53,852 bases of DNA from Deltaproteobacteria bacterium (GCA_022340515.1 JAJDNT010000056.1:1-53852), one strand, 5' to 3'; shown: positions 37,453-47,153, numbered from the stretch's first letter. Notes: generated by a model from the sequence alone, not told the origin. Translations and numbers: made by a program.

Positions 37453-37746
37453 TTGTAAGTTTCGACGAGCAGGTGGTCAGCGACCGTCAAAGGCAATGGG
37501 CGGGCCGCAAAGGCACAAAAGGCCCAGCAAGAGCAAAAGCTCCAGGCTAAGAAGACCTTCCCACTGCCAAATTCTATTCATGCTTTCCTCGTTGCCATTT
37601 TAGAATTCTATGGAAATATATCGGAATCAATAACAATTTTCAACAGAAAATTGTCAGTGAATCCGCGTAAGGCGGATGCGCTTTGCGAGTTTAAACCAAG
37701 GATAATTGCTTCAAAGAGTAAACATGCAAAATCTGTGCATAAGTAG

Positions 37747-40700
37747 TTATAAGCCGCTAACTACAAACTCTAGAGGCTTTTTCAAATCTGCCAATTTAAG
37801 CAGGCCTCCTGACTTTTCTTCGGTGTAAGGCCACTGAATGCCGCCTTCTTGCAAAAGCTCATAAGAGAGCCCCTGGTAGAAGGGTACAACTGACATTATT
37901 TCCTTATACACAGATTCGGCGTCCTTGTATGTGGCTCCGCCGGCATCAAGCCTTGCCAATAAATCTGCCAGAATGCGCCAATCTGGAAGGGCATCGCCCG
38001 GAGCAGGCAAAACTGGCGAGAGTTTTTGAGCTCGCCGTTCGGTGTTGGTGAAAGTCCCCTCCTGTTCCGTAGAAGCTGCGGAAGGTAAGATCACATCTGC
38101 CAGTTCCCCACACTGGGTAAGCAACATATCCTGCACCACCAGAAATTCGACCTGCTCTAAAGCCTCTTGAACTTTCTCCCTCTCAGGTTGAGTGGCCAGG
38201 GGGTTTTCTCCCATCAGATAAAGTCCTCTAACTTTTTTCTGCTGGGCCGCTGCGATTATCTCCCGGTAATCCAATCCAGCGGCGGCTGGCAATTGACCTC
38301 CCCAGGCCTTAGTTAATCTATCGTTGACTGCCAAGTCTGAGACCCTGACATGTCCTGGGTAGAAAGATGGTGTCATGCCCATGTCCATGGCACCCTGGGC
38401 GTTGATCTGACCATATAGAGGATAGATGCCACTTTGCGGCTGACCAATGCGGCCAGTGAGTATGGCCAGGTTGACTATGGCCTCGACCTTCTTGGCTCCC
38501 TTGGCTTGAGCCGTAACATCTTCCGAGTAGACCATGGCCAGGGAAGAGCTATTTACAAGAATTAGGGCCAGCTCTTCAAAAGCGCTCGGCCGTATGTCAA
38601 GCTTGGCTAAAGTATCTAGATGATCGAAGGATGCCAGGGATTTTTCCAGGGCCTCTATTCCCTTGGTATGAGCAGCTACGAAGTCTTTATTATAGAGTTT
38701 AAGCTCAAGCACGAGTTTGACCAGACTTTGAAGGAAATCAGCCGTGTATTCCTTGGGAACAACCAAGGCAGGATCGGCAAATTTAGCCAGAGTCACTTCT
38801 GAGGAGCTCAAAGTAATGAGACGACGAGCATGGGTGCGGCTGGCTCTCCGCATGGCAGTGGCTACGATGGGATTGTTTTCTTCAATAGAATTGCCCAGAG
38901 CGAAGATGACCTCCGCCTTTTCAATTGCGCTCAACGAATTGGTCATGGCGGACTTGCCCATGGCTTGGGAAAGAGTCGACAAAGTGGCCCGATGAGACTG
39001 ACCTCCCAGGTAATCCAAATTGTTACACTGTAACTGTTTGCGAAAAATCTTTTGAAGCAGGTAATTGGCCTCATTGGTAGCTCGCGGGGAACCTATGGCA
39101 GCCAATCCGCCAGGGCCATGCTCTTCCTTTAATCGCTTAAATTCAGCGACCACTCGCTCCAGCGCCTCCTCCCAGCTAGCCTCGACTAATTTACCGTTTT
39201 TCTTTAGCAGGGGGGTCTGGAGCCTTTTGCCCTTGGAGAGATAATCAAAGCTGTCAAAGCGGCCCTGACGGCAGGTATAGCCATAGCTGGGTGGGGCGGT
39301 ATTATTGGTGCTAACAGTGAAGAGCTTGTCGCCCTTAACGTTTAGCAGAAGGTTACACCCACAGCCACAGTGAGGGCAAATAGTCTCCTTTTGCTCGTAA
39401 TGAAATGGGCCGGGTTTGCCGCTTATGCGTTCCTCCAATGCTCCGGTGGGACACAAATCAAGGCAGAGACCACAGAAAACGCAGTTTGAGTTAAGACTGG
39501 GAGTATCCTCAAAGTCGATGGCATCAGAACATTGGAAGAAAGTACAGGCCTCATAACATTGTCTACAGCGTATACACTTATTAGGATCCACGGCGATAAA
39601 CTGATGATCGTCGCGGCGGGAAACCTCATCGAGGGATATTTGAGGCTTGATCCTAGTAGTGGGTTCCAAGCCAAAATCAAAGGCGAATTTCCTTAGTCTG
39701 CAGTCAAAGGCATCCATGCAGCCACAAGAGAGACAGCGCTCCGCCTCCCTTCGCGCACCCTCCTCGGAAAGACCCAACTCGATTTGCTCATAGTTCTTAA
39801 TCCGTACATTAGGCTCCAATTCCGGCATGAGTTCACGAGGGGCTGAAGTAACCCTGGAGGTAAACTGTTCCTTCTCAATAGTTTCAAGATCACCCTTTAA
39901 GATATTAAAAGGCTTGGGCGGGCCAAACACTTCTTTCTCACGCAAATAAAGGTGTATGGCCATTGCCGCCTTGCGGCCATCAGCCAAGGCTCCAACCACG
40001 GTCTCAGGACCGCGATAGACATCGCCGCCGGTGAATACGCCCTCGAGACCAGTGTGCAAACTGTCCGGATCAGCCCCGAAGGTATTCCAGCGAGTAGTAG
40101 GAACACCCTCAACGCCTTTGTCGGATTCCACCGGGGAAAGATCAGGAAATTGCCCAATGGCTGCAATCACCATATCCACTGGAATCAAGGTCTCCGAGCC
40201 TTCGACAGGTACGGGTCGCCGCCTGCCGCTAGCGTCCGGCTCGCCGAGTTCCATTTTGATATACTCGAGTTTGTCAACCTTGCCGTTACTGCCAAAAAGC
40301 CGGACTGGAGCAGCCAAGAAATGGAACTTGACTCCCTCTTCTTCAGCACCATGAATTTCTTCGGGACTGGCGGGCATCTCTTCTCGAGAACGCCGGTAAA
40401 TAATGGTTACAGTATCTGCACCCATCCGCACACTGTTGCGGGCCGCGTCAATGGCAACGTTTCCGCCACCGATTATGGCAATGTTCTTACCAATGTTAAG
40501 CGGCTTGCCGAGAGCAAGGTCAACAAGGAAGTCTACCCCAGACCAGACACCCTGAAGGTCTTCTCCCACTACGCCTAGTTTTCGTGTATCCCAAGCGCCG
40601 ATGGCTAGAAGAAAGGCGTCGTACCCTTCCTGCCTGAGAGATTCGACGGTGAAGTCTTGGCCCCACTTTAGTCCAAACTTGACCTCGATGTTACCCAACT

Positions 40701-41466
40701 CGAGGATTCCGTCAATTTCCCAGTCGAGAATTTTCTTGGGTAAACGATATTCAGGAATGCCATAACGAAGCATGCCGCCCAGGGCAGGCATGGCGTCAAA
40801 GATGGTGCTACCGTGGCCCAGTCTGCGGAGATAGTAGGCTGCCGAAAGGCCAGCAGGTCCACCGCCAATGATGGCCACTTTACGACCGGAGAGTTCTGCC
40901 AGAGGCGGTGGGTTACGTTTGCCTGAGTGCATCTCAAAGTCGGCGACAAATCGCTTGAGGTGGTTGATATTGATGGGTTCATCCACCAGGTTCCGGTTGC
41001 ATTTGTACTCGCAGAAATGAGGGCAGACCCGACCTATGGTAAGGGGCATGGGCAGGCGCTCCCGAATAAGCTTTAAAGCCTCGATGTACTGTCCCTGGGC
41101 AATGAGGCCAATGTAGCCCTGAATATCTATTCCCGCCGGACAGGTGAGCTGACAAGGGGCCACACAGTCACCATAGTGTTCCTTGAGGATGAGTTCGAGC
41201 ATGAGCTTACGGATTTGATAAATTTCATCAGAATCGGTAGTAACCACCATGCCTTCTTGGATTTCAGTGCTGCAGGAGGCCTGAAGGTGTTCCTCTCCCT
41301 CCACTCGAACGACGCAGAGTCGACAACTCTCGATAGGTCTAAGAACCTCGTTAAAGCAGAGTGTTGGGATATGAATGTCGTTTTGCCTGGCCACCTGCAA
41401 AATAGTGTTGCCCGCTTCGGCCTCAAATTCATGCCCATTGATGGTTAGTCGAATCTTCTCCTTCAT
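37747..41466 (-). CDS. multidomain FeS flavoprotein: 2Fe-2S ferredoxin + GltD-like NAD(P)H/FAD oxidoreductase + 2x[4Fe-4S] + formate-dehydrogenase-alpha/NuoG-like molybdopterin-oxidoreductase domain (apparently non-catalytic)
   Basis: 1239 aa. The N-terminus is IRLTINGHEFEAEAGNTILQVARQNDIHIPTLCF...CRLCVV. The GltD-type region is CPAGIDIQGYI...GRVCPHFCEYKC, VAIIGGGPAGLSAAYY and IAIIGGGNVAIDAA. The ferredoxin motifs are CIRCRQCYEAC and CVFCGLCLDLCP. The MopB N-terminal cluster is CPHCGCGCN. By eye, GSPRATNEANYLLQK...NNLDYLGGQSHRAT aligns with FdhF ...NNVDxCARVUHGPS, placing Ser at the Sec/Cys position. The protein ends shortly after IQWP, so the C-terminal molybdopterin-dinucleotide-binding domain is absent. 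Confidence 0.85.
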   Translation of the reverse strand: MKEKIRLTINGHEFEAEAGNTILQVARQNDIHIPTLCFNEVLRPIESCRLCVVRVEGEEHLQASCSTEIQEGMVVTTDSDEIYQIRKLMLELILKEHYGDCVAPCQLTCPAGIDIQGYIGLIAQGQYIEALKLIRERLPMPLTIGRVCPHFCEYKCNRNLVDEPININHLKRFVADFEMHSGKRNPPPLAELSGRKVAIIGGGPAGLSAAYYLRRLGHGSTIFDAMPALGGMLRYGIPEYRLPKKILDWEIDGILELGNIEVKFGLKWGQDFTVESLRQEGYDAFLLAIGAWDTRKLGVVGEDLQGVWSGVDFLVDLALGKPLNIGKNIAIIGGGNVAIDAARNSVRMGADTVTIIYRRSREEMPASPEEIHGAEEEGVKFHFLAAPVRLFGSNGKVDKLEYIKMELGEPDASGRRRPVPVEGSETLIPVDMVIAAIGQFPDLSPVESDKGVEGVPTTRWNTFGADPDSLHTGLEGVFTGGDVYRGPETVVGALADGRKAAMAIHLYLREKEVFGPPKPFNILKGDLETIEKEQFTSRVTSAPRELMPELEPNVRIKNYEQIELGLSEEGARREAERCLSCGCMDAFDCRLRKFAFDFGLEPTTRIKPQISLDEVSRRDDHQFIAVDPNKCIRCRQCYEACTFFQCSDAIDFEDTPSLNSNCVFCGLCLDLCPTGALEERISGKPGPFHYEQKETICPHCGCGCNLLLNVKGDKLFTVSTNNTAPPSYGYTCRQGRFDSFDYLSKGKRLQTPLLKKNGKLVEASWEEALERVVAEFKRLKEEHGPGGLAAIGSPRATNEANYLLQKIFRKQLQCNNLDYLGGQSHRATLSTLSQAMGKSAMTNSLSAIEKAEVIFALGNSIEENNPIVATAMRRASRTHARRLITLSSSEVTLAKFADPALVVPKEYTADFLQSLVKLVLELKLYNKDFVAAHTKGIEALEKSLASFDHLDTLAKLDIRPSAFEELALILVNSSSLAMVYSEDVTAQAKGAKKVEAIVNLAILTGRIGQPQSGIYPLYGQINAQGAMDMGMTPSFYPGHVRVSDLAVNDRLTKAWGGQLPAAAGLDYREIIAAAQQKKVRGLYLMGENPLATQPEREKVQEALEQVEFLVVQDMLLTQCGELADVILPSAASTEQEGTFTNTERRAQKLSPVLPAPGDALPDWRILADLLARLDAGGATYKDAESVYKEIMSVVPFYQGLSYELLQEGGIQWPYTEEKSGGLLKLADLKKPLEFVVSGL

Positions 41467-41724
41467 GAAATCCCTCTTTTAGATGGTTTGGATGGAAAGA
41501 CAATCTTTGCACCTGTGGCGCATCATAACCACTCAAGTTTCCGCGCAAGTTCCATCAGGTTTTTGCTGGCCAGGTTGGCCACAGGAAGGGCAAACAAAGC
41601 TGATCATATAACACACATTCTTCAAACAGTCATTAACTTCGGCAATTTTTGGACTTACTGCAAGGAAAAATGTATTAATCCCTCACCCGCCGGGATTACG
41701 GCTCATACTCTTCACATCAGGGCT

Positions 41725-41925
41725 CTAACGGATAAGATAGATGGCGAAAGCGAAGACGATTGCTATTTCAATGGCAAATATCAAGGAGAAAAGTATGTAT
41801 TTGGAGACAGGAAAGTCTTCAAAGATTTTGTTCGCCTTCTGCAAAAAACTAGCGCCTATTGGAGAGGAATACATCCTAAAAGGGTCATTGGATTTGGTCC
41901 CTTGCCCAGCTGCATGCGCGGCCAT
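41725..41925 (-). CDS. possible small tail-anchored membrane protein (66 aa)
   Basis: The ATG at 41925 lies 7 nt after a strong AAGGAG RBS (reverse complement of 41933-41938). A C-terminal hydrophobic helix reads YILFSLIFAIEIAIVFAFAIYLI. It lies 259 nt upstream of the 1239-aa gene and on the same strand. No family recognised. Confidence 0.4.
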   Translation of the reverse strand: MAAHAAGQGTKSNDPFRMYSSPIGASFLQKANKIFEDFPVSKYILFSLIFAIEIAIVFAFAIYLIR

Positions 41926-42183
41926 CTTAATGCTCCTTGTCGACTGATATGATTAGGCCAAAATCGCTGGCCATTATAGGCAGGTCGGTTTTACAGTCAT
42001 GCAAAAACCAGCTGAGGGAGAAAAGGATCGATCTCACTTATTTTGTGAATAATATCCCTTTGTCCGGCGACGGAGTATAACCTTTTTTAAGCTGATGTAC
42101 AAGGGGAAACTCGGTTGATTTCGCATTTCTGATTTCGGATTACGGACTTATAGTAATTAAGTAAAGAAATTTATCTTTTGTCC

Positions 42184-42213
42184 TTGACGGTCGTAGGGAT
42201 TTCTGTTACAAAT
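42184..42213 (+). promoter_or_regulatory. candidate sigma70-type promoter of the nuo operon
   Basis: TTGACG at 42184-42189, a 17-nt spacer, then TACAAA(T) at 42207-42213, about 125 nt upstream of nuoA. This is a pattern match only. Confidence 0.3.
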
Positions 42214-42337
42214 CACGTCGTTTGTGCCAAATAGTACCAAATGATCTTATCCCGCCTCGCATGCCGTTCAAAGAACAATATGGGTAACGCTTGAGGCTGT
42301 TCCCCTGTGGCTGGCCCTTGGCAAAAGAGAGCATAGT

Positions 42338-42718
42338 ATGACAGCTCAGGTCTTACACGACTTCCTCTATGTGGGAGTCTTTTTGGTGGTAGGTATTGTC
42401 TTTGCCATTACGCCGATAATCATCTCGTGGTTGATTGGCGGCAGAAGCGTGGGTGTCAAACGGGCGGAGACTTACGAGAGTGGTATGCCCACCATCGGTA
42501 GTGCTTGGATACAATTCAGTGTTGCTTACTACATTTATGCCCTTATCTTTCTTGCCTTCGACGTGGACGTTCTCTACCTATTTCCGGTAGCCTTGGCCTA
42601 TGACAAGGGATATGTCATTCGCGACTTCATTGAGGTTTTCATCTTTATTGCTATTCTGTCCTTGGCCATTGTCTACGCCTGGCGTAAAGGAGTTTTCACT
42701 TGGCAGAGAAGGAGCTAG
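42338..42718 (+). CDS. nuoA: NADH-quinone oxidoreductase subunit A
   Basis: 126 aa with three TM helices. The motif [38 protein letters not shown] is present. It is the first gene of the operon. Confidence 0.92.
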   Translation: MTAQVLHDFLYVGVFLVVGIVFAITPIIISWLIGGRSVGVKRAETYESGMPTIGSAWIQFSVAYYIYALIFLAFDVDVLYLFPVALAYDKGYVIRDFIEVFIFIAILSLAIVYAWRKGVFTWQRRS

Positions 42719-43224
42719 CCCCAGGCCCTCGGGTGCAATTTGCGGTTGTAGAAGAGGTACTCAACCTGTGTAGGGCCAATTCCCTTTGGCCTATGACCTT
42801 TGGTCTAGCCTGCTGCGCCATCGAAATGATGGCAGCAGGAGCCAGTCGCTTCGACCTGGACCGTTTCGGAGCAGGAGTGTTCCGCCCCTCCCCCCGGCAG
42901 TCGGACTTAATGATCGTAGCGGGGACCATTGCCAAAAAGATGGCCCCCACGATAGTTACCCTTTGGGAGCAGATGCCTGCACCAAAATGGTGTATTGCCA
43001 TGGGTAATTGCGCCATCTCAGGAGGTCCCTTCCAATACGATGGTCAGTATGCCATAGTGCCTGGTGCTGATCTTATTGTGCCGGTGGATGTTTATGTGCC
43101 CGGCTGTCCGCCTCGACCCGAGGGGTTAATTCAGGGATTTCTGGCTTTAGAGGACCTAATAACCAAAGGCGAAAAACGTAATGTCTTTAGAAGATTTAAA
43201 AGAAGAATTGTCAAAGGTCGTTGA
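42700..43224 (+). CDS. nuoB: NADH-quinone oxidoreductase subunit B
   Basis: 174 aa. TTG start 7 nt after AAGGAG. The N2 cluster ligands are [18 protein letters not shown] and VPGCPPRPE. Confidence 0.93.
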   Translation: MAEKELAPGPRVQFAVVEEVLNLCRANSLWPMTFGLACCAIEMMAAGASRFDLDRFGAGVFRPSPRQSDLMIVAGTIAKKMAPTIVTLWEQMPAPKWCIAMGNCAISGGPFQYDGQYAIVPGADLIVPVDVYVPGCPPRPEGLIQGFLALEDLITKGEKRNVFRRFKRRIVKGR

Positions 43225-43654
43225 TCCGGCGCATATACGGTCGCGGAATTACGAGAAAAACGGCTTTCTTTTAGAGGTTGAAGCCAAGGCCAAGGAGGTG
43301 GAAGCTTTGGCCAAAGCAGCCCGCGAGGCAGATTGTTTCCTTGAGTCTATCACCGCGGCGGACTTTACCGAGGGGGTTCAAATTATCTACCAGTTTAACT
43401 CCTTCTCCAGTGTATCTAGAACATTGGTGCGAGTGCAACTGGCAAGAGGCGAATCGATTCCCACCGTCAGCAGCATTTACGATGCGGCGCTCTGGTACGA
43501 GCGAGAAGTCTTCGACCTGTACGGCATTCAGTTCGACAATCACCCCGATCTGCGCCGCCTTTTGCTACCGGATGATGCTGACTTCCATCCACTTTTGAAA
43601 GACTACGGCAAAGTCCACGCCTTTAGGAGCACGGAAGAAATCTATGGCGAATGA
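43181..43654 (+). CDS. nuoC: NADH-quinone oxidoreductase subunit C
   Basis: 157 aa. The 30-kDa subunit motif [31 protein letters not shown] is present. It overlaps the nuoB 3-prime end, so the start is somewhat uncertain. Confidence 0.88.
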   Translation: MSLEDLKEELSKVVDPAHIRSRNYEKNGFLLEVEAKAKEVEALAKAAREADCFLESITAADFTEGVQIIYQFNSFSSVSRTLVRVQLARGESIPTVSSIYDAALWYEREVFDLYGIQFDNHPDLRRLLLPDDADFHPLLKDYGKVHAFRSTEEIYGE

Positions 43655-44762
43655 GTTCCTTGAGCCCGTAACCGAGCAGACCTTTTATCTGAATATGGGG
43701 CCCCAGCATCCTAGTACGCACGGGGTCCTGAGGCTCTTCCTCAAACTGGATGGGGAGTACATAGTTGAGGCGGACCCTATAATCGGTTACGGACACCGCG
43801 GCCATGAAAAAATGGCGGAGAGCCACCTCTACGAGCAATTTCTGCCAAACTCTTCCCGCATGGATTACCTCGCAGGTCTGATATACAACCATGGTTATGT
43901 TGCCGCGGTGGAAAAGATGGTGGGAATTGCAGTGCCACCGAGGGCAGAATACATTAGAGTTATCTGTGCTGAGTTGAACCGCATCTCCAGCCACCTCCTC
44001 TGGTTCGGCACCTATGTCATGGACTTGGGTGGCTTCACTCCCTTCCTTTATTGTTTTGATGATCGGGAAAACATCCTGGATATTCTGGACCGGGTCAGCG
44101 GCTCCCGTCTGACTTACAGCTACTGTCGTTTCGGCGGGGTGGCCAGGGACTTGGATGACGAGTTCATCAGGGAGACACGGAAATTCATCGACCGTTTGCG
44201 CAGTCGCTGGAATGACTATCATAACCTAGTCACCAAGAATGTGATCTTTATTCATCGAACCAAGGATGTGGGGATAATCAACCGTGAATTGGCCCTGCGC
44301 TTTGGCTGCACCGGACCAATCCTAAGAGCTGCCGGGGTAGCTTACGATATCCGGAGGGCCGAGCCCTATTCGGTTTATTCCGACTTTGACTTCGAGATTC
44401 CCACCGGCACTACCGGGGATGCTTTGGCTCGCTATATGGTCAGGTTGCAGGAGATGGAGCAGAGCCTGCGCATTATCGAACAGGCGCTGGACAGGTTGCC
44501 GCAAGGGCCGTTCAGGGCAGCGGTGCCCCACAAAGTGAGGCCCGCCAAAGGAGACTATTACTTCGCAGTTGAGTCTGCCCGCGGTGCCCTGGGATATTAT
44601 ATAGTGAGTGACGGAACCTCTTATCCCTACCGACTCAAAGCCCGGGTTCCGTCCTATGGTAACCTGCAGGTCCTCACCGACGTACTTCCCGGAACCCTGG
44701 TAGCTGACACCATCTCCATACTGGGAAGCATTGACATCGTCGTTCCCGAGGTAGATCGTTAG
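43644..44762 (+). CDS. nuoD: NADH-quinone oxidoreductase subunit D
   Basis: 372 aa. Motifs are NMGPQHPSTHGVLRL, GYGHRGHEK and a C-terminal SIDIVVPEVDR. Confidence 0.95.
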   Translation: MANEFLEPVTEQTFYLNMGPQHPSTHGVLRLFLKLDGEYIVEADPIIGYGHRGHEKMAESHLYEQFLPNSSRMDYLAGLIYNHGYVAAVEKMVGIAVPPRAEYIRVICAELNRISSHLLWFGTYVMDLGGFTPFLYCFDDRENILDILDRVSGSRLTYSYCRFGGVARDLDDEFIRETRKFIDRLRSRWNDYHNLVTKNVIFIHRTKDVGIINRELALRFGCTGPILRAAGVAYDIRRAEPYSVYSDFDFEIPTGTTGDALARYMVRLQEMEQSLRIIEQALDRLPQGPFRAAVPHKVRPAKGDYYFAVESARGALGYYIVSDGTSYPYRLKARVPSYGNLQVLTDVLPGTLVADTISILGSIDIVVPEVDR

Positions 44763-44781
44763 TACATAAGCGGAGAAAAGC

Positions 44782-45786
44782 ATGGCCGCCTGGCAAAAAC
44801 TGGTTAACTATCTAGGTCCGGATTTGACCGTGATTATTGTGGGGTTAGTGGGTGTCCTGGCTCTGGTGCAGGTCAACGCTCTGTTTCTGGTCTGGTTGGA
44901 ACGAAAGGTCGCTGCCCACATCCAACTTCGAATAGGTCCTAAAGAGGTTGGGCCTTTTGGTATTTTGCAAACTATTGTTGACGGTGTCAAACTGGTGAGT
45001 AAGGAACTCATCACCCCGAGCCATGTGGACAAGAAACTCTTCATCTTGGCACCCGTGGCCATATTCCTGCCGGTTTTGGTGAGCTTTGTGGTCATTCCCT
45101 TTAGTGAGAAGTTGCAGATCCGGGATTTAAACGTCGGGTTGCTAGTAATTTTCGCCTTTTCCACCTTTAACGTCCTGGCAATTCTTGTGGGTGGTTGGTC
45201 TTCCAACAACAAGTATTCTTTGCTTGGTGCTGTGCGCTCGGTGGCCCAGAATGTTGCCTATGAAATTCCCTTACTGCTTACAGTCCTTAGCGCTCTTCTC
45301 TGGTCTAATAGTCTGCAAATGTCTGAAATCGTGGAGTCACAGTCTACCGTGTGGAACGCCTTCTGGATGCCGGTGGCCGCATTAATTTATCTTATTTGCG
45401 CCACGGCTGAGACTAACCGGGCGCCCTTTGATATCCCCGAGGCGGAATCAGAACTGGTGGCAGGTTTCCACACTGAGTACGGTGGAATGCGTTTCGCCCT
45501 GTTCTTCTTGGCCGAGTATTCCAATATGCTTATTGTAGCGGCGGTGGCAACTACCCTGTTCTTTGGTGGCTGGAAGCCCTTGCCTTTTCTAGGGTTTCTG
45601 CCCGTGCCTGGCTTGATTTGGTTTTTTCTCAAGACCTATGTGCTGATCTTTGTCGTAATCTGGGTTCGTTGGACTTTTCCACGGTTGCGATTCGATCAGC
45701 TCATGAACTTCTGTTGGAAGATCATGATTCCGGCGGCACTGCTTCATCTGATCGTTTATGCCGGGATTATTAAGTTTATAAGGTAA
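44782..45786 (+). CDS. nuoH: NADH-quinone oxidoreductase subunit H
   Basis: 334 aa. Motifs are [41 protein letters not shown] and FLAEY. It starts 19 nt after the nuoD stop, leaving no room for nuoEFG. Confidence 0.95.
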   Translation: MAAWQKLVNYLGPDLTVIIVGLVGVLALVQVNALFLVWLERKVAAHIQLRIGPKEVGPFGILQTIVDGVKLVSKELITPSHVDKKLFILAPVAIFLPVLVSFVVIPFSEKLQIRDLNVGLLVIFAFSTFNVLAILVGGWSSNNKYSLLGAVRSVAQNVAYEIPLLLTVLSALLWSNSLQMSEIVESQSTVWNAFWMPVAALIYLICATAETNRAPFDIPEAESELVAGFHTEYGGMRFALFFLAEYSNMLIVAAVATTLFFGGWKPLPFLGFLPVPGLIWFFLKTYVLIFVVIWVRWTFPRLRFDQLMNFCWKIMIPAALLHLIVYAGIIKFIR

Positions 45787-45860
45787 CGGATTGACGAATT
45801 GAGGGATTGTGGGATTGGGGAATTATTGATTCTAAATTGGCTTACTAAATTCCTAAATTC

Positions 45861-46313
45861 GTGAATTGGAGCTACATGGGTATGATCAGAGACATTTTGG
45901 TAGGTGGCTGGAGCCTGATAGCAGGGATGGCGGTGACTATCCGGCGTATTTATCGGCCTGTGGTTACGGTGCAATACCCACGGAAACATTTGTATATGAG
46001 CCCCGCCTACCGCGGGCATATTGAGTTCAAGAGCTTCCCGGAAACCGGCACCCATAACTGCGTTGCCTGTGGTACTTGCATGCGATTCTGCCCTACCAAG
46101 GTAATCAAAGTTCAGGGCGAAAAGACTCATACCCATAGCGAAAAAAGAGCCAGCCTCTATTTTATCGATTTTTCTCATTGCAGTCTCTGTGGTCTGTGTG
46201 TGGCCAACTGTCCCACCCAGACTCTGAAATTTTCAGAAGAATACGACTTAGCCCATTATAGCCGTTGGGGAGGGGTAGTTGATCTCCTCCAGCGGTTGGA
46301 GGAATCGGCATGA
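45861..46313 (+). CDS. nuoI: NADH-quinone oxidoreductase subunit I
   Basis: About 145-150 aa. It has two 4Fe-4S ferredoxin motifs, CVACGTCMRFCP and CSLCGLCVANCP. The start is either GTG 45861 or ATG 45876. Confidence 0.9.
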   Translation: MNWSYMGMIRDILVGGWSLIAGMAVTIRRIYRPVVTVQYPRKHLYMSPAYRGHIEFKSFPETGTHNCVACGTCMRFCPTKVIKVQGEKTHTHSEKRASLYFIDFSHCSLCGLCVANCPTQTLKFSEEYDLAHYSRWGGVVDLLQRLEESA

Positions 46314-46846
46314 ACTCGGTTCAGAGCCTTATCCAACCACATCTTCTCGCTCAGGCAGGGTTTGCCGCCGTGGTTGTACTTACTTTTGCCGGAGCCCTCA
46401 TAGCGGTATTTCCCCGAAACATTCTCTACAATATCTTGGGTCTCATCGTCTGCCTCACCGGGGTGGCCGGCCTTTTCGTTTATCTGGGAAGCCCATTCAT
46501 TGCGCTCATGCAGCTGCTCATTTACGTGGGGGCCATCTGCATCTCCATTATCTTCGCCATCATGCTCTCCAGACCCCTTCACCTGAGTGTCCCCAAACGG
46601 CGTTTGCCTAAGGTAGGGTTAGCTGCGGGAGTGGGTGCGGTGGTTTTCCTTATGCTTGCGGGGATTATAAGCCGTACCCCTTGGCAGCCAGCCGTGAGTC
46701 GCAGCAGTGATTGGTCGGTGACTACCCTCGGACATTATTTGCTTACCCGGTACGATCTGGTTTTTGAAGCAATCTCTTTGGTGCTGTTAGTGGCAATCCT
46801 CGGCGCCATAGTAATCTCCGGTTATGCCCGCAGGAGGCCGTCGTGA
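46310..46846 (+). CDS. nuoJ: NADH-quinone oxidoreductase subunit J
   Basis: 178 aa. The motif FIALMQLLIYVGAICISIIFAIML is present. It overlaps nuoI by 4 nt, consistent with translational coupling. Confidence 0.9.
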   Translation: MNSVQSLIQPHLLAQAGFAAVVVLTFAGALIAVFPRNILYNILGLIVCLTGVAGLFVYLGSPFIALMQLLIYVGAICISIIFAIMLSRPLHLSVPKRRLPKVGLAAGVGAVVFLMLAGIISRTPWQPAVSRSSDWSVTTLGHYLLTRYDLVFEAISLVLLVAILGAIVISGYARRRPS

Positions 46847-47151
46847 ACAGTCTTACTACCTATCTTTTTATCGCGGCTTTGTTGTTCAGTCTCGGGATTT
46901 TCGGTGTTTTCCAGCGCCGCTCCCTCATCGGTATGCTCATCGCCATCGAACTTATGCTCAATGCAGCCAGCATAAATTTCATGGCATTTAACCGATTTCT
47001 GGCGCCTGATCCGATTGTGGGTCAGATATACACTTTATTCATCATGGGCATTGCAGCTGCTGAGGCGGCCATTGCTCTTAGTATCATAGTAGCTTTATTC
47101 CGCAGGCTTCGCTCCATCAATATCGAGCGGGCCCAAGAACTACGAGGCTAA
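46843..47151 (+). CDS. nuoK: NADH-quinone oxidoreductase subunit K
   Basis: 102 aa with three TM helices. The motif MLIAIELMLNAASINF is present. Confidence 0.92.
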   Translation: MNSLTTYLFIAALLFSLGIFGVFQRRSLIGMLIAIELMLNAASINFMAFNRFLAPDPIVGQIYTLFIMGIAAAEAAIALSIIVALFRRLRSINIERAQELRG

Positions 47152-47153
47152 CC

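Noticed and set aside
37747-41466. Calling the 1239-aa protein a formate dehydrogenase or a glutamate synthase small subunit.
   Set aside because: The FdhA-like domain has Ser at the Sec/Cys ligand position and lacks the C-terminal pterin-binding domain. No GltB partner or fdh accessory genes are adjacent. Only the generic multidomain oxidoreductase call is supported.
41488-41952. A 154-aa plus-strand ORF in the nuo/oxidoreductase divergent region.
   Set aside because: It has no RBS and an odd composition. It overlaps a minus-strand 66-aa ORF that has a strong RBS and a clear TM helix. It is probably a chance ORF.
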